NCBI RefSeq assembly: GCF_030028105.1 | Contig: NC_092382.1 | Span: forward strand, 19,385,792 to 19,449,791 | Length of the DNA: 64,000 bases | From: Mobula birostris | Lineage: Eukaryota | Direction of reading: 5' to 3' | Made by a program: the position numbers and the translations under genes | Notes under the pieces: generated by a model | Database searches by the model: none | Told to the model about the DNA's origin: nothing | What the model saw: only the letters and a program-made list of their open reading frames with translations | Shown: positions 10,779 through 22,700 of the stretch, one piece after another | How the letters are laid out: each line of letters starts with the position of its first letter | Position numbering within the stretch: position 1 is the first letter of the stretch

Positions 10779-13700
10779 CTGAAACAGATGGGAGAATAAA
10801 GATGAAATCAACAGATTACACAACAGTGTCAGTAACAGGGGACAACACTCACAGACAAATATCACCAGAAAACCCGCGGATCCGCTGATATTTTATCACA
10901 TTGAACATTAACACAAACACTCACCCGATCAGCTCCAGACTCGGGAGGGTCAGTATGAGACGGCGGAGACCGGGGACAGATCGGTCTGTCAGCGAGTTTG
11001 ATCCCAGGTTCAGCTCCGTCAGTGATGGGTTTGCACTGAGAGCGGAGACGAGATCCTCGACACCAGAATCTGTGAGACCGACATCCCACAGCCTGGAGAT
11101 GAGAGAGAGTGAGGGTGAAGGACACAGAGAGACAGGAGACGGTACAAATCCCCAGTGTTTATCAGCAACACAATTACTGATCACATTTATGTTCAGTGTC
11201 AGACACCCAGTGACTGTAAGCACAATCTCCCACAGTCTGCTACTGACCCCAGTTTCTGTATTTTACACTCCGGGTTCCTCAGAGCCGCAAACACCAGTTT
11301 CATTCCTGAATCTCCCAGTTTATTATCACTCAGGTTCAGCTCCGTCAGTGATGGGTTTGTACTGAGAGCGGAGACGAGATCCTCGGCACCAGAATCTGTG
11401 AGACCGACACGGTCCAGCCTGGAGATGAGAGAGAGTGAGGGTGAAGGACACAGAGAGACAGGAGGTGGTACAAATCCCCAGTGTTTATCAGTAACACAAT
11501 TATGATCACAATAATGTTCAGTGTCAGACACCCAGTGACTGTAAACACAATCTCCCACAGTCTGGTACTTACACCAGTTTCTGTATTTTACACTCTGGGT
11601 TCCTCAGAGCCTCAGACACCAGTTTCATTCCTGAATCTCCCAGTTTATTATCACTCAGGTTCAGCTCCGTCAGTGATGGGTTTGTACTGAGAGCGGAGAC
11701 GAGATCCTCGGCACCAGAATCTGTGAGACCGACACCGAACAGCCTGGAGATGAGAGAGAGTGAGGGTGAAGGACACAGAGAGACAGGAGACGGTACAAAT
11801 CCCCAGTGTTTATCAGTAACACAATTACTGATCACATTAATGCTCAGTGTCGGACACCCAGTGACTGTAAACACAGTCTCCCACAGTCTGGTACTTACCA
11901 CAGTTTCTGTATTTTACACTCCGGGTTCCTCAGAGCCGCAGACACCAGTTTCACTCCTGAATCTCCAAGTTCATTCCGCCCGAGTCTAAACACAAACAGA
12001 CAGATTGAGGAACAAAGTGATTCAAGCCGAGGGTCTGAGGGAATTTCTCTTACTCGGATATTTCAGGAAACATTAAACCCTTCAGTAAATCACTGATCGG
12101 AGTTCCCATCACTGTCAATGTCCCTCACTGCCCAGCTCCAGGGTATTCACCGAATGTCAGTAATTTAGTCTGTCGGTGTGACCCTGTAAACTCCACATAT
12201 CCTGTCTCATTCCCCGATGGTTAGAAACGTGTTCCTGGAGTGACAGGGATGAGAGGGGCAGGGATGAAGGGGGAATGGGGATGGGGTAGAGAGATCCCAC
12301 AGGAGGAAGGGGGATGGCATTTGTCACAATTCTTCACAATCGTATTTATCACAGTTTTACCCAAATCCCTTTACATTGAAACAACACACCTGGACAGTTT
12401 CACAGTTCAGAGTGAGAGATAATTCAAGTTACCTCAACTCCTGGCACTTGTGCAGCCCGGGTCCCAGCCGCTGGATTGCTTCACACTGAATGTTGCAGTT
12501 CTCCAGGTCCAGGTGTTTTATTGTATCACAGTGTCCGATGCCATGAGACAGGACCGCGCAGTCAATCGGGGTCAGTGTCATTCCACGAAATGAAAGTGTT
12601 TCCACTGATCCCAGTGCGGCCCGAGCCAGTCCACGATTCTGAGACTCAAACAGGTAGTGCAATGTGTTCAGGAGGCTCCTTTTACCAGCTTCACTCCATG
12701 TGTTTCCACTCTGGCGTTTAACCTCCTCCTTCACCCAGTCAATCACCCGGCAGGTTGTTTGATGAGGAAATGGACCCAGAAACTCCTCCAGGCCCCGAGC
12801 TGTCATTGGGTTGGAGAGACCAGCAACAAAACGGAGAAATATCTCAAATCGACCGTCTGTCGTGCTGTGGGCTTCAGTGAGGAATCTCAGAATATCCCCG
12901 GGATGTGGATTCAGGAATTGTGCGACTGCAGCTGCAAACTCTTGGATGGTGAGGTGTGGGAATGTGTACACCACGCTCCGGGCAGAATCCTCTCTCTCCA
13001 AAAGCTCCATCAGGAACCCAGACAGGAACTGGGAAGGCTGCAGATTGTATTTGATCAAATCTCCATCTGTAAACACAATCTTCTTCTCAGCCACTCCTCT
13101 GAAGGCCATCTGACCAACCCTGAGTAACACATCACGGGGGTTCTCAATCTCACGGCCGTGGTTTTTCAGGATGTTGTAAATATAGTAGGAATACAGTTGG
13201 GTGATGGTCTTGGGAACTCGCTGTGGGTCCCTGACTCTTTGTATGAAGAAGGGGCCCAGTGCCAGAGCGAGGATCCAGCAGTAGGAGGGGTTGTAGCTCA
13301 TGGTGTACAGGATCTCGTTCTCCTCCACGTGTTTGAAAACAGCTGCTGCCACCGTCTGATCTTCAAAATGCCTGATGAAATATTCCTTCCGTTCCTCACC
13401 AACAAATCCCAGGATTTCAGCCCAGATACTGATCTTCGCCTTTTCCAGTAAATGTAACGCAGTGGGACGGGTTGTCACCAGCACTGAACACCCTGGGAGC
13501 AGCTTGCCCTGGATTAAACTGTACACAATGTCAGACACCTTGCACTTGAATTCAGGATCTGTGCATGTGGACCGAGGTTCTGTGTCTCTCTGACTGTCAG
13601 CAAAATCAATTTTGTCATTGAATTCATCCAAACCATCAAATATAAACAGCAATCCCTCTGGGTTCTTCCAGACCTCTCTCAGGGTATTCCCAAAGTAAGG

Positions 13701-16700
13701 ATACTGATCCAGAATCAGTTCCTTCAGGTTTATTCTGCAGTTAATGGAATTTAAATCCGGGATTTTGAAACTAAAGGCAAACTGGAATTGTTGGAATATT
13801 TTCCCCGTGGCCCAGTCATAAACAATCTTTTGTACCATTGTGGTTTTCCCGATCCCTGGCACTCCGGCCACTGCTGCTGAACGCCCAGATTTGGATTTAC
13901 TCCAGGAAAAGCTGCTCTGGAACAGCTGATCAGTGCGGATTTTTTCCAGCTCTCCGCGGAGATGTTCCTCTCTCCACTCCTCGTGGTCTCTGCCTCTTGC
14001 CAGCAGCTCATGTTCCACCAGTCTCCGATCTCGAACAGTAGAAATGACCGTGAGCTCAGCGTATCGATCAACCAGCTGGAAAACCTTCACCTTCTCCCTC
14101 ATCAGGATCGTGTTCACTCTCAGCGTTTCAGTTTGTGCCCGCAGAGTCTCCTTGTGTTTCTGTTGAACATCTTCCATGGGAACAGACCGTGATCAAACTG
14201 TTAGATGCCTCAACTCAGAGCTCAGTATTTAAGTGCACAAGAGTTAGCTCAACACTATTGCATTAATTGCATTAATCAATGGATGTTCGTACAGTGAAGT
14301 AAATCAGATTAACAGACCCCTGACTGGACAGAGAAGTCTGTTCTAGATAAACACCAGATCATCACATTTCCACATGCTGTGATGGTGAGTATTTCCCTGG
14401 TAGTTTACTGACCCCCAAGTGTCCCGTACTGGACAAACTCCCAGTACTGTCACAGCTGTGATTGTTCCTGTGGAAGAAACTTTTAATCTCCAGTGTTGAT
14501 GTGGTGTATGGAGATGGAGAAGAAGGTAGTGGGCATTCTGTCAAAGGAACAGGTCGAGGAATCACAGCTCCCCCTCCCCTCTCACCATCAGTGATTCAAA
14601 ATACAAAGAAGTAGCTTTGCTGATCAGCACGTGCACTGTGGGTCGGTGGTTGGGGTGTTCGAATCATGTCATGGGTGTTTGGACGCAGTCTGGACCTTGC
14701 CAGGAGTGTGTGGGATCCGACAGAGTATCAGGACCCTGTCAGAGGTGTGTGGGGTCTCACAGTGTGTCAGAGCACTATAAGGGACGTGTGGGGTCCCACT
14801 GTTTGTCAGGGCCCTTTCAGGAACGTGTAGGGTCTCACAGTGTGTCAGGACACTGTCAGGGACTTGTGGGGTCTCACAGTGTGTCAGGACAATGTCACGA
14901 GTGTGTGGGATCTCACAGTGTGTCAGGGCCCTGTCAGGGACGTCTGTGCTTTCACAGTGTTTCGGGAACATGCCAGGGGTGCTTTAGGATACTGACAGTG
15001 GTGAGTTGTGACTCACACTGTTGAAGGACCCTGTCAGGAGCGGGTGGGTTCTCACAGTGTGTCCGGACCTTGTCAGGGTGTGTGGGATCTCACAGTGTGT
15101 TAGGACTCTGTCAGGGGTGTGTGGAGTCTCACAGTGTGTCAGGACGCTGTCAGGTGTGTGCGGGGTGTCACAGTGTGTCAGGACGCTGTCAGGGGCGTCT
15201 GTGGTCTTGCAGTATTTCAGGACATTGTCAGGGGTGTTTTAGGACACTGACAGTGGTGTGTGGAGTCTCACACTGTGCCAGGACCCTGTTAGGGGTGTTT
15301 GGGGTCTCACAGTGTGTCAGGACCTTGTCAGGAGTGCGTGGTGTCTCTTAGTGTGTCAGAACGCTGTCAAGGGCGTGTGGGGTGTCACAGTGTGTCAGTA
15401 TCCTGTCAGGAGTGTGTGGTGTCTCACAGTGTGTCAGGTCCCTGTCAGACATGTGCAGGGTCTCACTGTGCATCACGAACCTGTCTGGGACGTGTAGGGT
15501 CTTACAGTGTGTCAGGACCCTGTCAGGAGTGTGTGGGATCTCACAGTGTGTCAGTGGTGTGTGTGGTCTCACAGTGTGTCAGGACCCTGTCAGGGGTGTG
15601 TGTGGTCTCACAGTGTGTCTGGGGCTTGTCAGGGGTGTGTGGGGTCTGACAGTGTGTCAGGACCCTCTCATGGATATGTGGGATGTCACAGTATGTCAGG
15701 ACCATGCTCGGAGTGTTTGGGGTCTCACATTGGGTAAGGACACTGCGAGGTGTATGTGCGGTCTCGCAGTGCGTCAGGAGCTTGTCAAGGATGTTTGTCG
15801 TCTCACAGTATGTCAGGAACCTGTCAGGGGAATGTGGTATCTCACAGTGTGTCAGGACCCTGTCAGGGCCGTGTGGTGTCTCACAGTGTGTCAGGACCCT
15901 GTCAGGGGTGTGTGGTGTCTCACAGTGTGTCAGGACCCTGTCAGGGGTGTGTGGTGTCTCACAGTGTGTCAGGAACCTCTCGGGCGTGTGGTGTCTCACA
16001 GTGTGTCAGGAACCTCTCAGGGGAATGTGGTGTCTCACAGTGTGTCAGGACCCTGTCAGGGCCGTGTGGGGTGTCACAGTGTGCCAGGGCACTCTCAGGA
16101 GTGTGTGGGGACTCACAGTGCGTCAGGTCCCTGTCAGGGGTGTCCGGGGCTTCACAGTGCGTCAGAACCCTGACAGGGACTTAGGGGTTTCACATGGTGT
16201 GAGGCTGCTGCCAGGGGTTTATGGGTTCTAACAGTGTGTCAGGATCCTGTCAGGGACGTGTGGGGTCTCACAGTGTGTCAGGAACCTCTCAGGGGCGTGT
16301 GGTGTCTCACAGTGTGTCAGGAACCTGACAGAGCCGTGTGGGGTGTCACAGTGTGCCAGGACACTCTCAGGAGTGTGTGGGGTCTCACAGTGCGTCAGGT
16401 CCCTGTCAGGGGTGTCCGGGGCTTCACAGTGCGTCAGAACCCTGACAGGGACTTAGGGGTTTCACATGGTGTGAGGCTGCTGCCAGGGGTGTATGGGTTC
16501 TAACAGTGTGTCAGGATCCTGTCAGGGACGTGTGGGGTCTCACAGTGTGTCAGGACCATGTCAAGGACGTGTGGGGTCTCACAGTCTGTCAGGAACTTGT
16601 CAGGGACGTGTGGGGTCTCAACAGTGTGTTATGTCCCTGTCAGGGGTGTGTGGGGTCTCACTCTGTGTCAGGACCATGTCACGGATGTGTGGGGTCTCGC

Positions 16701-19700
16701 AGTGCGTCAGGACCATGTCATGGATGTGTGTCATCTCACAGTGTGTCAGGAACCTGTCAAGGGCATGTGGCGTCTCACAGTGTGTCAGGAACCTGTCAGG
16801 GACGTGTGGGATGTCACAGTGTGCCAGGACACTGTCAGGAGAGTGTGGGGTCTCTCAGTGTGTCAGATCCCTGTCAACGTTGTCCGGGGTCTCACAGGGT
16901 GTCAGGACACAGTCAGGGACATGTTGTGTCTCACAGTGTGAAAGGACCCTGTCAGGGACGTGTTGGGTCTCACTGTGTGTAAGGACCCTGACAGGGGCGT
17001 GTTGAGTTTCACATTGTGTCAGGACACTGTCAAGGGTGATTTAGGACACTGACAGCAGTGTGTGATGTCTCTCTGTGTGTCAGGACCCTGTCAGGAGTGT
17101 GTGGGGTCTCATAGTGTGTCAGGGGTCTCTGTGGTCTCACAGTGTGTCAGGGCCCTGTCAGGGAAGTGTGGGGTCTCACAGTGTGTCTAGACCTCATCAG
17201 GGGTGTGTGTGGTCTCACAGTGTGTCAGGACCCTCTCAGTGATGTGAGGGGTCTCACAGTGAGTCAGGACACTGCCAGGTGTATGTGGGGTGTCACAGTG
17301 CGTCAGGACCCTGTCATAGCTGTGTGTCGTCTCACCGTGTGTCAGGAACCACTCAGGGACGTGTGGGATCTCACAGTGTGTCAGGAACCTGTCAGGGACC
17401 TGTGGGGTGTCAAAGTGTGTCAGGACACTGTCTGGAGTGTGTGGTGTCTCACAGTATGTCAGGTCCCTTTCAGACGTGTGCAGGGTCTCACAGTGCGTCA
17501 GGACCCTGTCAGGGGTGTGTGGGGTCTCACAGTGCGTCAGGACCCTGTCAGGAGTGTGTGGGGTGTCACAGTGTGTCAGGACCCTCTCATGGGTGTGTGG
17601 GATCTCACAGTGTGTCAGGTCCCTGCCAGGAATGTTTGTGGTCTCACATTGGGTCAGGACTCTGTCAGGCGTGTGGTGTCTCACAGTGTTTCAGGAACCT
17701 GTCAGGGACGTGTGGGGTCTCACAGCGTCCTAGGTCCTTGTCAGGGACGTGTGGGGTCTCACAGTGTGTCAGGACACTGCCATGTGTATGTGGGGTCTCT
17801 CAGTGCGTCAAGACCCTGTCATGGCTGTGTGTCGTCTCACCGTGTGTCAGGAACCTGTCAGTGGCGTGTGGGGTGTCACAGTGTGTCAGGACACTGTCAT
17901 GGATGTGTGGGGTCTCACAGTGTGTCATTACCCTGTCAATGACCTGTGGGGTCTCGCAGTGTGTCAGGACCCTGTCAGGGGAGTGTGAGGTCTCGCAGTG
18001 AGTCAGGACCATGCCAGGTGTGTGTGGGGTCTCACAGTGTGTCAGGACATTGTCAGGTGTGTGTGGAGTCTCACAGTGTGTCGGGGCCCTGTCAGGGACG
18101 TGTGCGTTCTCAGTGTTTTAGGACACTGTCAGCGGTGTGTGGGTTTTCACAGTGTTTCAGTATCCTGTCAGGGATATGGGGTCTCAAAGTGTGTCGGTCC
18201 CTTAACAGGGGTGTGTGTGGTCTCACAGAGTATCAGGACCCTGTCTGACGTGTGCGGGGTCTCACAGTGTGTCAGAAACCTGTCAGCAACATGTGGGCTG
18301 TCAAGGTGTGTCAGGACCCTGTCAGAGGTGTGCGGGGTCTCACAGTGTGTCAGGACCCTGTCAGGTGTGTGTCTGGTTTCGCTGTGTGTCAGGAACCTGT
18401 GAGTGGTATGTGTGTCGTCTCACCGTGTGTCAGGAACCTGTCAGGGACGTGTGGGTCTCACTCTGTGTCAGGACCATGTCATGGATGTGTGGGGTCTCAC
18501 AGTGTGCCAGGACACTGCCAGGTGTATGTGCGGTCTCACAGTGCGTCAGGAGCCTGTCATGGATGTGTGTCATCTCACAGTGTGTCAGGAACCTGTAAGG
18601 GACGTGTGGGATGTCACAGTGTGCCAGGACACTGTCAGGAGAGTGTGGGGCCTTTCAGTGTGTCAGGTCCCTGTCAGGGACTTCTGGGTTTTCATATTGT
18701 GTCAGGACACTGTCAGGGGTCTGCGGGGTCTCACGGTGTGTCAGGATCCTGTCAGGAGTGTGTGGGGTCTGACTGTGTGTCAGGAACTTGTCAGTTGTAT
18801 GTGGGTTCGGGCAGTATGTCAGGAACATATCAGGGGTGTGTGGGGTCTCTCACTGTGTCAGGACCTTGTCAGGTGTGTGTGAGGTCTCAGTGTGTCGGGA
18901 CCCTGTCATGGATGTCCAGGGTCTCACAGTGTGTCAAGACCCTATCACGGAAATGTGGGGTCTCACAGTGTGTCAAGACCCTATCGGGGGTGTGTGGGGT
19001 CTCACAGTGTGTCAGGACCCTGTCAGACGTTTGCAGAGTCTCGCTGTGTGTCAGGACCCTGTCAGGTGTGTGTGATGTCTCACAGTCTGTCAGGAACCTG
19101 TGAGTGGTGTGTGTGGGATCTCAGACTGTCAGAGACTTCTGGGGTTTCACATTGTGTCAGGACGCTGTCAGGGGTTTGCGGGGTCTCACAGTGTGTCAGG
19201 TCCCTGTCAGACGTGTGCAGGCTCTCACAGTGTGTCACAACCCTGTCAGGAGTGTGTGGGGTCTCATAGTGGTCAGGGGTGTCTGTGGTCTCACAGTGTG
19301 TCAGGGCCCTGTCAGGGAAGTGTGGAGTCTCACAGTGTGTCAGGACCCTCCCAGGAGTGTTTGGGGTATCACATTGTGTCAGAACCCTGTCAGGTGTGTG
19401 TGGTGTCTCACAGTGTTTCAGGAACCCGTCAGGGACGTGTGGGGTCTCACAGTGTGTTAGGTCCTTGTCAGGGATGTGTGGGGTCTCACAGTGAGTCAGG
19501 ACACTGCCAGGTGTATCTGGGGTGTCACAGTGCGTCAGGACCCTGTCATAGCTGTGTGTCGTCTCACCGTGTATCAGGAACCTCTCAGGGGCGTGTGGGG
19601 TCTCACAGCGTGTCAGGAACCTGTCAGGGACCTGTGGGATGTCACAGTATGTCAGGACACTGTCTGGAGTGTGTTTGGTCTCACAGTGTGTCAGAAACCT

Positions 19701-22700
19701 GTCAGGGACCTGTAGGGTGTCACAGTGTGTCAGGACACTGCCTGGAGTGTTTTTGGTCTCACAGTGTGTCAGAAACCTGTCAGGGACCTGTGGTATGTCA
19801 CCGTGTGTCAGGGCCCTGTCAGGTGTGTGTGGTGTCTCACAGTGTTTCAGGAACCTGTAAGGGACGTGTGGGATCTCACAGTGTGCTAGGTCCTTGTCAG
19901 GGACGTGTGGGATCTCACAGTGTGCTAGGTCCTTGTCAGGGACGTGTGGGGTCTCACAGTGTGTTAGGTCCTTGTCAGGGACGTGTGGGGTCTCACAGTG
20001 TGCTAGGTCCTTGTCAGGGACGTGTGGGGTCTCACAGTGTGCTAGGTCCTTGTCAGGGACGTGTGGGGTCTCACAGTGTGTTAGGTCCTTGTCAGGGATG
20101 TGTGGGGTCTCACAGTGTGTTAGGTCCTTGTCAGGGATGTGTGGGGTCTCACAGTGTGTTAGGTCCTTGTCAGGGACGTGTGGGGTCTCACAGTGAGTCA
20201 GGACACTGCCAGGTGTATGTGGGGTGTCACAGTGCGTCAGGACCCTTTCATGGCTATGTGTTGTCTCACCGTGTGTCAGGAACCTGTCAGGTGCGTGTGG
20301 GATCTCACAGTGTGTCAGGAAGCAGTCAGGGACGTGTGGGGTGTCACAGTGTGTCAGGATCTGTCAGGAGTGTGTGGGTTCTCACAGTGTGTCAGGTCCC
20401 TGTCAGGGGTGTCCGGGTTCTCACAGTGTGTCAGGTCCCTGTCAGGGGTGCCCGGGGTCTCACAGTGTGTCAGGACCCTGTCAGCGACGTGTTGGGTTTT
20501 ACAGTGTGTAAGGACCCTGTCAGGAACTTGTTGGGTTTCACATTGTGTCCGGACACGGTCAGGGGTGATTTAGGACACTGAACGGGATGTGTGGGTCTCA
20601 CTGTGTGTCAGGACCTTGTCATGGATGTGTAGTGTCTCACAGTGTGTCAGGGCCTTGTCAGGGGTGTGTGGGTCTCACAGTGTGTCAGAGCCCTTTCAGG
20701 GACATGTGCGGTCTCACAGTGTTATAGGACCGTGTCAGGGGTGTTTTAGAACACTATCGGCGATGTGTGGGGTCTGAAGGTGTTTCAGTATGCTGTCAGG
20801 GATATAGAAACACAGAAACATAGAAAATAGGTGCAGGAGTAGGCCATTCGGCGCTTCCAGCCTGCACCGCCATTTATTATGATCATGGCTGATCATCCAA
20901 CTCAGAACCCTGCCCCAGCCTTCCCTCCATACCCCCTGACCCCCGTAGCCACAAGGGCCATATCTAACTCCCTCTTAAATATAGCCAATGAACTGGCCTC
21001 AACTGTTTCCTGTGGCAGAGAATTCTACAGATTCATCACTCTCTGAGTGAAGAAGTTTTTCCTAATCTCGGTCCTAAAAGTCTTCCCCTCTATCCTCAAA
21101 CTGTGGCCCCTCGTTCTGGACTTCCCCAACATCGGGAACAATCTTCCTGCATCTAGCCTGTCCAATCCCTTTAGGATTTTATACGTTTCAATCAGATCCC
21201 CCCTCAATCTTCTAAATTCCAACGAGTACAAGCCCAGTTCATCCAGTCTTTCTTCATATGAAAGTCCTGCCATCCCAGGAATCAATCTGGTGAACCTTCT
21301 TTGTACTCCCTCTATGGCAAGGATGTCTTTCCTCAGATTAGAGGACCAAAACTGCACACAATACTCCAGGTGTGGTCTCACCAAGGCCTTGTACAACTGC
21401 AGTAGTACCTCCCTGCTCCTGTACTCGAATCCTCTCGCTATAAATGCCAGCATACCATTCGCCTTTTTCACCGCCTGCTGTACCTGCATGCCCACTTTCA
21501 ATGACTGGTGTATAATGACACCCAGGTCTCGTTGCACCTCCTCTTTTCCTAATCGGCCACCATTCAGATAATAATCTGTTTTCCTATTTTTGCCACCAAA
21601 GTGGATAACTTCACATTTATCCACATTAAATTGCATCTGCCATGAATTTGCCCACTCACCCAACCTATCCAAGTCACCCTGCATCCTCTTAGCATCCTCC
21701 TCACAGCTAACACTGCCACCCAGCTTCGTGTCATCCGCAAACTTGGAGATGCTGCATTTAATTCCCTCATCCAAGTCATTAATATATATTGTAAACAACT
21801 GGGGTCCCAGCACTGAGCCTTGCGGTACCCCACTAGTCACCGCCTGTCATTCTGAAAAGGTCCCGTTTATTCCCACTCTTTGCTTCTTGCCTGCTAACCA
21901 ACTCTCCACCCACACCAATACCTTACCCCCAATACCGTGTGCTTTAAGTTTGCACACTAATCTCCTTTGTGGGACCTTGTCAAAAGCCTCTGAAAATCCA
22001 AATATACCACATCCACTGGTTCTCCCCTATCCACTCTACTAGTTACATCCTCAAAAAATTCTATGAGATTCGTCAGCATGTCAGAATCCTGTCAGAAGTG
22101 TGTGGTGTCTCACATTGGATCAGGACCCCGTCAGGGTATGTGGAGTGTCACAGTGTGTCAGGACCCTCACAGGGACGTCTGGGGTCTCACACTGTTTTTG
22201 GACCCTGTCAGGGGTGTGTGGGGTCTCACAGTGTGTCGGGACTCTGTCAGATATGTTTAGGGTTTCCACTGAATGTATTTGGCTGTGATTGGGAGTGTAG
22301 GAAAATATTGATTGTGTACATATTTACTTTAGAGAATGTGACAATTGTTGAAATGATGTTCTTCAATAATCTGGGAGTGTATCTGTTTGATATTCAGAAA
22401 TGGGTGTGGGAAATTCACTGTCGTGTCTGTTCCCTCGGCAAACAACAGGATGATTAGTGAAGGACAAGCTTGTAGCGATTTACCAAACCCATGGTGCAGG
22501 GAAACTGAGGGGTTTCATTGACCGCATGTGGACTGGAACATCATTAACAGAGGTGACAGAGACGTGAGTAATTTGTAAACTTCCAGATTTGTCTCTCTCT
22601 GGTCCCAGATTTAAATTATTGTCTTTGGGATTTGTTCTTGTAAATGAAAGAGATTGAACCAGGATTCTGGCCGAGATTCCTTATATTTCTGTTAAGAGCT

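Noticed and set aside
12429-14177. Stand-alone 582-aa NACHT gene starting at the ATG at 14177
   Set aside because: The ATG lies within the acceptor region and the ORF ends just past a splice donor; it is better explained as an internal exon. A truncated isoform cannot be excluded.
14362-14565. Possible extra NLR exon
   Set aside because: No convincing splice-site pair or domain similarity, and the gene model closes in frame without it.
14617-20777. Many long Cys/Gly/Ser/Val-rich ORFs (up to 493 aa) resembling keratin-associated or metallothionein-like proteins
   Set aside because: Artefact of a 39-bp (13-codon) repeat that is open in several frames at once; frequent frame-breaking indels and no splice or codon signal.
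14680-22260. CRISPR-like array
   Set aside because: Units are contiguous with no unique spacers, there are no cas genes, and the context is vertebrate.
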